Shown piece by piece: positions 25,144 to 36,270 of a stretch of DNA of 64,000 nucleotides. The notes under the pieces were generated by a model. It was given only the letters and a program-made list of their open reading frames with translations, was not told where the DNA came from and searched no databases. The translations under genes were made by a program, and so were the position numbers. Positions within the stretch are counted from its first letter, which is position 1. Each line of letters begins with the position of its first letter. Origin of the DNA: Azolla caroliniana (taxonomy: Eukaryota; Plantae; Polypodiophyta); NCBI GenBank assembly GCA_043228905.1, contig JBHGNT010000002.1, positions 15,190,001 to 15,254,000 on the forward strand, written 5' to 3'.

Positions 25144-25607
25144 TGTTATTGCTAGGGCCGGACAACAACCTAACACAGGGTGTCCCTTTAAGACACGTCA
25201 CCAAAGGGTGGTACAGCAGAATGGCTTACGACACAACGCTTAATTAGACCTTAATCGATTACTTAGCCATCCGTAATTAACACGCGGAAGATGTAACAAT
25301 CAATACAGAACGGTAATCAACACTTGAAGATTAATACAATAAGCTTTTATTAATTATCCGCTCCTGATTACATTGTAACCGGGCCTTTATATAGGTCTCC
25401 GGTGCGAAATACAAAACGGTGCCAACCGGCACCTTTACGGAATCGTTCCGGATCCGGATCGGCATACCGATTCCGGTCCGTCCGTCAACATCTTCTTATG
25501 TAATAATATGTATATATTAAGACTACTAATTACAATAGTTCCCCAATAACTATTCCTTTCACACTGTGGTTTGGACCTCCTTAAGCCTTCTTTGCCGGCC
25601 GGTAACA
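25144..25607 (-). repeat. G2 3' LTR
   Basis: Direct repeat of 32872-33335; minus-strand CCTATATAAAGG and AATAAA. Confidence 0.95.
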
Positions 25608-25609
25608 CA

Positions 25610-25649
25610 TGGCACGCCCGTGGGACAGTACCTTGTACGTGGAACCCAC
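25610..25649 (-). other. tRNA-3'-end-like motif with stem-loop at the PPT position of G2
   Basis: Sense GTGGGTTCCACGTACAAGGTACTGTCCCACGGGCGTGCCA, then TG, then LTR. Confidence 0.8.
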
Positions 25650-25661
25650 TATCCGGCCCTT

Positions 25662-28419
25662 TTACGCTTCGTCCAAAATGTCCAGAATGCTTTGCTCCAA
25701 AATTTCCAATGGCTCGTCGGGAATCTGTTGTTTGCTGTTGTGGTTGTTGTTGTTCCGTTTGTGGCTGTGGCTGCTGCTCTGTTTGTGGCTCTGGCACCGG
25801 CATTTCCGTCGTTGGTTCCTCTGTGGGAGTTGTCTGTGGCTGACTGACCCCGGCCTGTTCCCCCTCCGGTCTTTGCACTGGCGATGGTTCCTCATCACTA
25901 AGGTTGACCGTTGCCGCCTTTCGCGCTTTTTCTTCCCGGAGTCGGGACCGCTCATAGCTTTCGAACTGGATTTGAACCTCCAGCCGATCATCGTCCAGTT
26001 GAGCTACGAGCTGCCGGACCTGCACCAATTGTTCATGCGCCAGGGCTATGAAATCTTCCGCCAGCTCATTCCTAATGGTGGTGAAGTCCTCCGAGGTCAG
26101 CATATAGCAGTCGTCGCCCTCCTTTCGCCGGTTTTCAACGTCCGCCCTAAGCAATTGGAGTTCCGCGGTATTCTGCGCCCATTTTGCCCACCAACGCACA
26201 GAGCTGTCATCAATTAAGCTTTTGGTTTTAGTGAGCCATGACCGGAGGATGCACTGGATCCGTTCGGCTCCCATCTGTGATTTATTTTCTGCGGCTTGTC
26301 GCTCTTCCTTCAACTACTTGATGATCCGAACCGTGTCCGCCTCCTGCTCCCTATAATGCGACAATTGAGTTTGATAGGTTGTTTGCAACCTCTGTAGTAC
26401 CATTGACGCTCTTTCCTTGTCTTCATGGTTCTGTTTGTGGAGCTCCATCTGGTCATTCACCGCTTCCTCCAATAGCCTGGAACTTTCTGCTCGTTCTTCG
26501 GCAAGTGCCGTTGTGGCCCTATCAACCTCTTGTCGGAGCTCCGCCATCCGTTCCTATTGTTGCTGATGCTCCGTCTCCAGCTGCTTGTATTCTCGATGCA
26601 GATGATCGAAATCATCGGTCTTTTGCTTCAGCCTTTGGTTTATCTGACGGCGCACGCGGTCCTCCTAGTCCTTCTGTTGCCGGAGCTCTTCCTTCAGCCG
26701 CTCGATTTCCGTTTCCGCCATCCGTCGCAGCTTGTCTTTTTCCTGCAACACTCTCTCTTTTTCCTCCTTCACCCGGTCGTAAGCATGATGTCCTTTACGC
26801 AGGTTTTCCTCTGCATGGCGAAGGTTCTCAGCAATCTTTCTTAATTCTTCTTCGGCCGCCTTCTTCAAGTCGTGTTCGCGGCTCCGTAACGCTTCTTGTG
26901 CGGCAAGCTCATCTCGTAATTCTGCAAGTTCTTGGGCTTGCGCCGCATGTTTCTTTGGGATTGTTTGTGTCTCCGGGGTCTTATTCTTCTGTACATCAAC
27001 CAGAGTCACCGGTGCTTGGATCTGCATTGCAGTTAAGGCCATTTTGGCCATATCTCCTGTGATCCGATCCAAGTCTTGTTCGAGGCACCGGATCCTTGAC
27101 CGGGCTGTATCCAGTTCATCGGTTGTGACGAGCAACCGTTCCGTTTGCGCTCTTCCCTCCGCCTCTATGCATCCGACTACTCCGGCAATTTGGTCTCCTA
27201 TCCACCGTAGCCATTGGCTGCCGGTGCACTGTTGTTGTGCCTGCACGGAGAGTTGGCTGATGGGTTCACTCACCGGTGGCTGGTCCCACCTTTCTGCGTC
27301 AAGCTGCGCTTCTGGTTTTGCCAGCTGACCACTTTGCCGTTCCGGCTCTGAGTGTGTTTCGGCCAGTCGCCCCTTGTCTGCTTGTTCTTGGCCGGCTGGG
27401 GCGGTTGGCCTTTGTATCTCCGGCTCTTGGGTGACGGGGCTTGCCGGGACTTCTGTGACCGGTTCCATCCGAACCGGTTTTGGTGCCTCCCTTAGCGTGG
27501 GTTGCTCATCGTGAGTTGCGGGTGTTCCATTCTTCTGTGGGTCTGAACGCTTCCCGGCTGATTCTGCGGTGCTCTTCACCGGCCGCCGTTGGAGGTGCTC
27601 CGTGGGTTCTTCCTCCATCTCTTCCGCCTGAGTCCCGGCATTCATTCTTGCCGCCAAGGTGTCCATTTCCTGTTGCCCTGGTCGGTGGAGTGGGCTCTTC
27701 AAGGCCCGTGCCGGTGTCTCCTCGTGCGTGTCCGTCAGTCGCTTCCGGCTGGCGTGCTCCTTCACCGCCTTCTCTGCTTCGACAATCTTCCCCTTAGTGG
27801 CCTTGGAGGCCAACAGTTGTTGCCGTTTCGAAGCAGGTTTCGGGGTGCCGTCCGTTGCTCTTCCCCGCTTCTTGGTTTGGACGGGCTCAACCAGTGGCGC
27901 CAATAGGGTGAGCCATTGTGTCACCGCGTGCCATATTTTCCGGCCTTCCTTGCCGTCCTTTCCCCTTACTATATCAATGGTCGTACACAGCCCGTCGGCG
28001 ATCAACACCGGCCAATCTACCTTGACCCCTTCGTACGTTGCGATGATCAAGCCTGCTCGGTTCTGAGGCATGATGGGGGGTCGAGGGTACACGTGGCCGA
28101 ACTCGTGGAGCACACGGGTAATTTCCCGGAATAGCATATCTTCGCCGCCCTGTGTCCTATAGCCCTTGCTGGCTAGAGAGTACTCACCGAAATATTTGAT
28201 GAGTTGCTTAGGGGTAGGATTGTCGATCGTGTAGATACCTCCCTCCGGAAGGCCTATTAACGCATGGATCGCCTCCTCCGTGATCACCTCCGTGTCGATT
28301 TCTTTTATAATCTTCTCGGCCTCCTTGTGTGGCGCTGCCTCCATGATCATTAAGAAACCCTCCAGACAGTGCTGCCGTAACCATTTCTTGGCGGCTTCAG
28401 ACAGCGTTTGGCAGTCCAT
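25662..28419 (-). pseudogene. G2 extra ORF (ORF3) with stops and a frameshift
   Basis: ORFs 26665..28785, 26314..26547, 25435..26313 and 25662..25991 are homologous to G1 ORF3; ends EQSILDILDEA; start codon uncertain. Confidence 0.8.
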
Positions 28420-28866
28420 CTCTGCGTTGAGGTTTGAGAGCGTTGGAGAGGTGTGATGGTGGGGAGAATGTGAGAGAGAAAGTTCTGAGGGAGGGGATTC
28501 TCTGTGTGCGAGCTCTCTACGATTTATCTTCACGCGTCGCTCTACGTCTGTTCTCCTTGTTTCGTGATAGGAGAAGGTCTCGATGCGTGGGGGTTTTTCT
28601 CTCTGCATCTTGGCGTCTTTTTCGAGCCTTCGCATGTGGAAGTCGTGTACTATAATAGCATTGCGTGCCATGTGGCAGTGGTTTAATGTCCTATTCATAG
28701 CTCCTCGTACCTTTTCGACGTGCCTCTTTACTCCTTGTGTGCATGGCCGTTTCCACCACTCTTTTCCATGATTTATTTGATTCACTCCTTTATTCTCTCT
28801 TTTTTTCTTTTTTTCTTTTTTCTTTTTTTCTTTTTTTTTCTTTTTTTTTTTAACTTACTTGTGTGA

Positions 28867-31800
28867 TTAGTTTTTCTCCGGTCCTATCGGACCTTTGCCC
28901 GAAGCGTGCAACTGGCCGACCCCTTGTCGGTTTGTCGTCGTTCTGCTCTCCTCGAGTGCCGGCTCATGCTCCTCCTTACTGGCTTGGTGGTAGTCGTCGT
29001 CTTCACTGGTTGCTGTTATGGTTGGCCTGCCGGCGTCTGATTCGGTGCCGGCCTTTCGTTCAAATGGGTTCTTAGGCATAGGTCCTTTGTATGGTTTTAG
29101 TCTAAATCCGTTGACCCATTTGCCCAGCACTTCCCCGGCAAGTGTCCCCAACTGGTAGGACCCATTGAACTCGCGTGTGATCCAGTATGGTCTGGTCCAT
29201 CTAAACCGTAGTTTACCTGGCATTTTGCCCATCCGGGTCTGGAACACGAGTACCGGCTTGCCGGTCCCGAACATCTTTTCGTTTCCCTTCCGTTGCCGAT
29301 CTACAAATGCTTTCCATCTCCGTTGTTCCAATTCCAGGTGCATAATGCTCACCAGTCGGTGTTCTTCCAGTTCGCACAGAGCCTTTAACTGAATTGCCTC
29401 CTATTCCTTTTCGTTCAATCATTCCCGAATCTGAATCCGTAAGCTTGGTACTTGGAACTCGACCGGCATGACTGCCTCCAATCCGAATGCTAACCGGAAC
29501 GGTGTTGTCCGGATGCTTGTTTTGTACGCTGTCCGGTAAGCCCAGAGCGCACTGTGCAGCTTTGTGTCCCAATCTGTCCTAAACCAGCGACGGCATCCAA
29601 AACTCCATTCGTAAATGGAAGTGGAAATGCATCCGTTGCCGTTGACGCATTGAGCTTCCGGTAATCGACACAAACTCTAATTTTGCCATTCTTTTTCGGT
29701 ACGACTACGATCGGGCTCAGCCATGTAGATTTCTTTATGGAACGGATGAAGCCGACCCTCAGTAATTTGTCGATCTCGTCCTTGACTTTGGCGGCGTAGT
29801 TTGGGTTCATCCGGTACCGACGTTGTGCCACCGGCTTGGCGTCTTTGCTCAGATGTATCTGGTGTTGATACAACTAAGGATCCAGGCCTCTCATGTCCTC
29901 GTACGACCAGGAAAAGACGTCGCAAAACTCGTTGAGGAGTGTAATTATCGCCGTTTTGTTCTTTGCATTCATTTCTTTGGCGATGTGCACCGGTTTTGCC
30001 TCCTCCGCCGTTCCTAGATTTACCTCTTCTAATTGGGACGCTTTTACGCGTTGGGATACGGCCATTTTCCTTTCCAACGCCTCCTGCGCATGCCGTAACT
30101 CCCGGATTGCTTCTTTATCCGGTTCCGCTTCGGTTCCGTCCGATTGCAGTAAGTAGGGTGATACCGCTTCCGCGACGTCAATTTCGAATAGAGGTACAAT
30201 CTTCGGGTTCTCCAGCAAGTACTGCTCTTCTTCTTCGTCTGCTAATCCTTCTAGCATATTGACACACTCCGCATATAACGGTGTCAGATCCTTGCCGGTG
30301 CCCTTCCTTGGTTGTGTTGGTACCCGTTCCTTCACTTTTCCCCGCTGGAACGTAATCATATTCCTCCTCCAGTTCTGCTTGATATGTGCCGTTTTTAACC
30401 AAGGGTGTCCCAACAATAATGGGTACGCTCCTTCAGCCTACAACTGGAGAACTACGGCTGAGATTCGGAATGTGTGGCCCTCGATGGTTACTTCCAAGTT
30501 TCGTATTAAACCTGTCGGTTGCACCGAGCTTGTGTCTGCCATTCGGAGCCAGAACAGACATGTTTCCCACTCTCAGATTCCAAGAGCATCGCATGTCAGG
30601 AGGCTGATTACATTAAAGCCGGAGCCTCCGTCTATTATCGTGTCGGGGAGTTCTTTCCCTTTCACAATGGCCGTAATTGCCGGACTGTTGGTGTCCACCA
30701 TGGCCGGTCCTTCTTCCGGATTTGAGAAGAATGCCGGAGCCGGTGGTGTTCCGCCTGTCGTCATGCCGGACTTGAGTCCTTCTGTGAATCTTGGTACTAG
30801 CTGCAAGAGTCATCCTAACGGCAGCGTGATCTGTCATTCCTGCAATACCTGCCATGTCACGTTTTCGGACTGACTACCGCCAGCGAGCTCTTCGGTGTTC
30901 TCCTTCTGTTGCGTGAGTTCTGCTACTTTTCATTCATTTGTCTTTTTCACCCATTCCGTTGCCTGTTTCCGGATGGCCTCTTGTGTCTCCCATTCCGTAG
31001 TCTTCCCCTTCGACCTTGTGGTGACCTGCTGGAGGTCTGCGACTTTGGCAACTACCATGTTTACTGTCGGTCGCTTATCATAGCTTTTTGCCGGACATTG
31101 ATTACTATAATGTCCTTCTTGCCGGCAGTAATAGCAATATGCTTTCCGGGTGTTGCTGGATTCGGCATTGTTTCCTGAACCCGGTGGAGGACTTGTGGTA
31201 ACCGCGGGGCTCTCGTCTGGTTGGCTACTTGAGGCACCTTTTTCCGGTTCACGTGGGTGGCTCCCGTTTTTGAAATGCCGTTTTTTATTAAAATTCTTTT
31301 TGTTGCGGTACCCTTGCCGGGGTTGGTCGTCATACCTCCCATAATCTTCCCCGTTGTTGGTGATACCCGGGGGAGTGATCCCGGTTGTGATGCTCGTACC
31401 GTCCATTGTAATCTCGGTACTTGTCGTATCTCTTGTACCGGTCGTAGTTGTCTCGCCGATTGTCGTACCGGACATCTTGTGCCGGTCGATATCGCTCCTC
31501 TTGTTGCCAGCATTCGTCTTCTTCGTTTCGGCTACTACGTGGCTCGATTTGCCGGACTGGTGAAGCTTGCCGATTCAATAAGTTATATTCGCACCGGTCC
31601 ATCGTGTGGCTCGTAGATTGGCAGAGAAAGCAGTGCGTCCGCATGGTGCACTCCAGTGACGAGTGTCCGGAATTCAAGCAGGTCGTGCATTGGATTGCTT
31701 GCCGGAAATGGAGATCCTCATCGGTTAGTAATGCTCGTTGGAGGGCTCCCATTGTTAGCCAAGAGCTCGTTTTTTCCATTTCTCTAACCCGGTCGATGAC

Positions 31801-32816
31801 CTGGTCGACGGTGCTTGTGCGAAAGTCAATGACCGTGCATACCATTCGTCGAGGTTCCGGAGCGCTGCTAAAAATATAGCCCGCATTTCTTCCTCTGGAG
31901 GTGCGTGGGTAAGCTGGCTGTGCATCCGTTGAAACCGGATTACAAAATGCGGGATGCTCTCGCCGGGGTCCTGCCGAATTGTATAAAATAAGCCCACCAT
32001 TTCTCGCTGATCCACCTCCTTCTGGAAGAAGTGCAAGAATTTGTCTTTCAGGTCCGCAAAGGTGGGGATGGTGCTGCGATCCTGCGTCCGGTGCCATCTG
32101 GCGGCCGGTCCTTCTAATGTCACACCGAATTCGGCTATCTTGGATCGTTCGTCTTCTGCCGCAGTTAGCCGTTGTGACACATGGTTCGCTTCCTCCGCGT
32201 CCAGGTCATCCCGATACTTGGAGTACTAGAACAACATATCGTCGTCCGGTGTCGGTACGCAGCCTGGCGGTGTCGGTGGTCTTTCTTGCTGTTCCGCCGG
32301 CGTTTGAGGTCTTTGCCGGTCTTCCTTTGGTGTTGCCGGCTCGACTTCCGGTGTTGGAAATTTTTGCTGGTGCACTTCCATCTCCGGAGGTTGCTCCACG
32401 ATGAGTACCGGAGGTTCTCGGTCTCCCAACTCTGGTTTTGGTGTCGGTAAGGTATCCAACTTCTCATCCTCCGGTCCTCCTAGGGTGTCATTACTGCTGT
32501 GATAGTTCGTATGCGCGCTGTAACCCCCTTCCGAATCCGATTCCAATGTTGAATATGCTTCGGATTTGCCGTCTCTTCCGGCCAAGGCCTGGAGAAGGGT
32601 TTCCGCTTCCCGGAGGCTGCTTAAGCTGCTTCCTTCGTCCGGGTAGGCATTTTGTTGCAAGTGGAGTGACTCCTCCGCCACTTTCTGGATCACTTTGGAA
32701 AATGATCGATCCGTTCGGATTTCTTCCGCTGCTTGCTGAAAAGCCTCTCGCCGCTGTCTCCGTTCAGTAAGTCTTTGTGCTCTCTCTGTAACCAGGTCGT
32801 CTGTTGGCCTAGTCAT
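28867..32816 (-). pseudogene. gag-pol: G2 gag-pol remnant
   Basis: Fragments homologous to G1: CTTCLNSGH, CYYCRQEGH, IIDGGSG, KIRVCVDYRKLN, AYRTAYKT. Confidence 0.9.
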
Positions 32817-32854
32817 CAATTCCTGCCGCTGTTCACTACGATAATGCAGGAATC

Positions 32855-32864
32855 GTGGTCGCCA
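32855..32864 (-). promoter_or_regulatory. G2 primer-binding site (tRNA-Arg(UCG)-like)
   Basis: TGGCGACCAC 7 nt after the 5' LTR. Confidence 0.75.
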
Positions 32865-32871
32865 AAAACTG

Positions 32872-33335
32872 TGTTATTGCTAGGGCCGGACAACAGCCTA
32901 ACACAAGGTGTCCCCTTAAGACACGTCACCAAAGGGTGGTACGACAGAATAACTTACAGCACAACGCTTAATTAGACCTTAATCGATTACTTAGCCATCC
33001 GTAATTAACACGCGTAAGATGTAACAATAAATACAGAACGGTAATCAACACTTGAAGATTAAGACAATAAGCTTTTATTAATTATCCGTTCCTGATTACA
33101 TTGTAACCAGGCCTTTATATAGGTCTCCGGTGCGAAATACAAAACGGTGCCAACCGGCACCTTTACGGAATCGTTCCGGATCCGGATCAGCATACCGATT
33201 CCGGTCCGTCCATCCACATCTTCTTATATAATAATATGTATATATTAAGACTACTAATTACAACAGTTCACGAATAACTATTCCTTTCACACTCTAGTTT
33301 GGACCTCCTTAAGCCTTCTTTGCTGGCCAGTAACA
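32872..33335 (-). repeat. G2 5' LTR
   Basis: TGTT...TAACA direct repeat. Confidence 0.95.
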
Positions 33336-33340
33336 TGATT

Positions 33341-34036
33341 CTAATATCAGTTGGACGTCTCGATGACGAAGGTTATAGCAGTCACTTCCGAAATTGCACA
33401 TGGGAATTCTGTAGAGGGAACTTGATCGTGATTCGGGTCAAGAACTAAAATACATTATACATGATGCATGCACGGCTGAGCCGAAACGAGGTAAATGCGG
33501 CAACCGACACAACCGGAGAGTTGTGGCATAAGAGGCTATCTCACATGAGTTAGAAGGGTATGTAGATGTTGGTCGGAAAACAACTCTTGCCGGAAGTGAA
33601 GAATGTGCATTTGGACAAATGTGTCGACTACCTGGCCGACAAACGAAATAGAGCCACCTTTCGATCTAGGCCTCTGATGTAGAGGAAAAATGCCTTGGAA
33701 CTTGTACACACCGATGTGTGCTATGTAGATGCAAAGTCTCATTCTAGTGGACAGTAGTTCGTAAACTTCATAAATGATTATAGGCATAAGTTGTGGGCTT
33801 ACGTGCAAAAGACGAAGGATCAAGTACTGAGTGTCTTCAAGGTGTTCCAGGTGAGAGCCGACAGAGAAACTGGATGGAACTTGAAGGTGGTCCGAACGGA
33901 CAATGGCAGTGAATACCGAGGGCAGTTCGAGGAGAACTGTCGGTAAAAGGGAATCCGGCTTAAATATACCGTACCGAAGACGCCAATGTTGAACGAGCTA
34001 GCCGAAACAATGAACCAGACCATCATGGAGAGAGTT
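33341..34036 (+). mobile_element. Degenerate copia integrase fragment related to copia B
   Basis: ELWHKRL, LELVHTDVC, LAETMNQTIMERV similar to 55370-56062; duplicate at 61490-62186. Confidence 0.85.
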
Positions 34037-34255
34037 GCCTCTTTAATATTCTCAAAAGTTGTTTATGATAAAATATTTGTACTTAAATTCTTTATTCCTT
34101 TTACATTAAATGATGTTTGGGGAAATCGTGATGCTTGTAATGGTGATTTAAGATGCACTTTAATATTGATGATCGTGTCACGATGAAATTAAAATATCAT
34201 TTCGTGCTCACAAAAGTAAGCATGGCATACAATTAAACTAAGCTTCTACATGCTC

Positions 34256-34263
34256 TATTTAAA
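34256..34263 (+). promoter_or_regulatory. Putative TATA box of dirigent-like gene copy 1
   Basis: TATTTAAA ~90 nt upstream of ATG, conserved in copy 2. Confidence 0.5.
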
Positions 34264-34352
34264 GCTAGCCAAATCCTAGCAAGGGTCATTCCATATCTCT
34301 CTTGAAAAAACCTCATCATCAGTACTTAGAATTCATCTCAATACTTATAGCA

Positions 34353-34904
34353 ATGGCGTCTAGATATAACGTTTCCTACATGAAGATGATGGTACTCATG
34401 GTGCTTCTAATGGCGGCATGTGTTGCAGCAAAAAAGAAGGTGGTATTGAAGTACTACACACAACAACAACTTGGGGTGAATGAGTTTGGGATGGTCTCAG
34501 CAGCTGTTCCTCCGGCCAAAGGCACATTCACTGGTGTTGGCCTTCAAGTGGTTTATAACTACACATTGACCAAGACAGGAAACCCAACATCCCAAGTATT
34601 GGGCGTCATTCGGGGCACCTCTGTGGTGACCTCCAACACTGTCAATGCCACCATTTTTGTTGTCAACACCGTTGTCCATTACGTTAATCCCAAGAAAGGG
34701 GGTCTCAAGGGCACTTTCACCACACAAGGTGAGGCCGACTTTGGTAGTGGACAACCCTTCGAATTAGCCGTGACAGGTGGCACTGGTGACTTTCGTGGTG
34801 TGTATGGCTACACTATCGCCAGCAACTTCAAATTTACACCACCTACTGGCAACTCAACTGCCAAGGTCACAAAATTCTATCAAACTCGCCTTTGGTGGCT
34901 CTAA
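34353..34904 (+). CDS. Dirigent-like secreted protein, copy 1 (183 aa, intronless)
   Basis: Hydrophobic signal peptide; beta-rich body; ELAVTGGTGDFRGVYGY dirigent motif; VLGVIRG matches motif III; N-glycosylation sequons NYT, NAT, NST. Confidence 0.88.
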   Translation: MASRYNVSYMKMMVLMVLLMAACVAAKKKVVLKYYTQQQLGVNEFGMVSAAVPPAKGTFTGVGLQVVYNYTLTKTGNPTSQVLGVIRGTSVVTSNTVNATIFVVNTVVHYVNPKKGGLKGTFTTQGEADFGSGQPFELAVTGGTGDFRGVYGYTIASNFKFTPPTGNSTAKVTKFYQTRLWWL

Positions 34905-35639
34905 ATTATAGATGCTTGAATTATCTTCCTCATTTATGGGATTGATAAAAAAATACATGGCTTTAGGAAACTCTTTCTTTCATACCAATTAATATGAATT
35001 GGTGAATGCATTGTCTTCCTATATGTAGGAAGATTTATTTATTTATTTATTAATAATGAAACTTAATATCGTGGATCCTACAAAACCATACAAAGATCAA
35101 TGTTTAGTTTCATTTCAATGATGATTAATTATGTTACACAGTGTTTCACTATACATGCAAGATGATTGTGTTCCATATCCGAGGATTCTCATTTCTTTTG
35201 TTTAAGCATGTGAATGTGCAACAATAAACAATGGCGTATTGAACATTGGAATAGACCTCTTCCCTTTAAATACATTTGTTTTTTAAATCGAGAATGAATC
35301 CACTAATATATGTTCCACTAGATGGCTAACAAGATGGGGTATGGTGAGACCTATCAAACCACATGTTTCCACTCTACCCTAACCGAAAAAATCGGGTTTC
35401 AAATTACAATGTGAAGAAATCCAAATGTCTCCTAATGCAAATCACTAGTTTACCAACCTCGAAAACCTTCTCCAAGTCCACATCAATCCTCAGATGTTTG
35501 GTATTGGTTGTATTTTCACCGTTGTAGATATTATTTAGATAGCGAGAAAAACCTTCACCATGTGCTTTTGAGGCATCTCAATCACTTTATGAGTCCGGAT
35601 ATACTAGCTCTTGGTATAGCATGATGGTGAGTTTGCTTC

Positions 35640-36270
35640 TTGCAAATTTTAATCTCTCATGAGGACCGTAATAAATTAATACGCCAAGAAATATGGCAAA
35701 TTTACACTCGGTATAAACGGATAACCCCATTTGTGGCACTCCCATCTAAAATGTTGTACTATAAGGAACACTTCATCCACTTCTCTAAGTTAGGTTTTAT
35801 TACACAACTAAAATATCTAGATACATTCTTGCCAAATGCACTAAGGGTTGCCATTGGACAACTTCGAATATCATCTCACCAACTTGATATTGAGAATGGT
35901 CATACTAATGGGATCCCTAGAGAGGAACGGATATGTAGATTATGTCACATAGAAATAGAGGTGAGTACCACTTTACATGCAAGTGTCCAACTTACGCCGA
36001 GATAAGGGAAAAATACCAAGATATGCTCGGACCTTCTCCCACCCTCTCCAAACTATTAGATACTGTAGATATAAAGAAGTTAGGTAGATATATCTTAGAG
36101 CTAAAACAACATAGAGAGAATAAACTACAAAATATTAACAATAACTTTTCTAATATTCACCAACATGTAGCCAATGAAGTTTTTCATGGACCGGGGAAGA
36201 CGATGAATGTGGACACACATGCACCACTCGGCCTCTTCCTTGATGAAGTAGAAAACCAAAGAAGAACCAA
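35640..36270 (+). mobile_element. Non-LTR retrotransposon ORF2 C-terminal remnant (RTE-X-like)
   Basis: LRISSHQLDIENG..PREERICRLC..EYHFTCKCPTY Cys/His motif across a frameshift; clade assignment tentative. Confidence 0.7.

Larger units (their letters stand above)
25144..33335 (-). mobile_element. G2 Ty3/gypsy LTR retrotransposon related to G1, with internal RT-RH-INT deletion
   Basis: 464-bp LTRs 25144-25607 and 32872-33335; TSD TGAAT/TGATT; empty site TGAAT at 61485-61489; RT (VLDAVAG) fused to late integrase (RTDWDTKL) at ~29582. Confidence 0.95.
897..34968 (+). repeat. Segmental duplication unit 1 (TE nest plus dirigent-like gene)
   Basis: 897-22463 aligns to 41860-51920 once G1 and a ~1.6 kb indel are removed; ~24740-34968 aligns to ~61110-63229 once G2 is removed. 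Confidence 0.9.

Noticed and set aside
25610-25680. A genuine tRNA gene or tRNA-derived SINE next to the LTR
   Set aside because: Only the T-stem and acceptor 3' half with encoded CCA are mimicked; no D arm, anticodon arm or A box is visible.
34302-34352. N-terminal extension of dirigent copy 1 (200-aa ORF)
   Set aside because: Starts at TTG and is not conserved in frame in copy 2; ATG 34353 gives the shared signal peptide.
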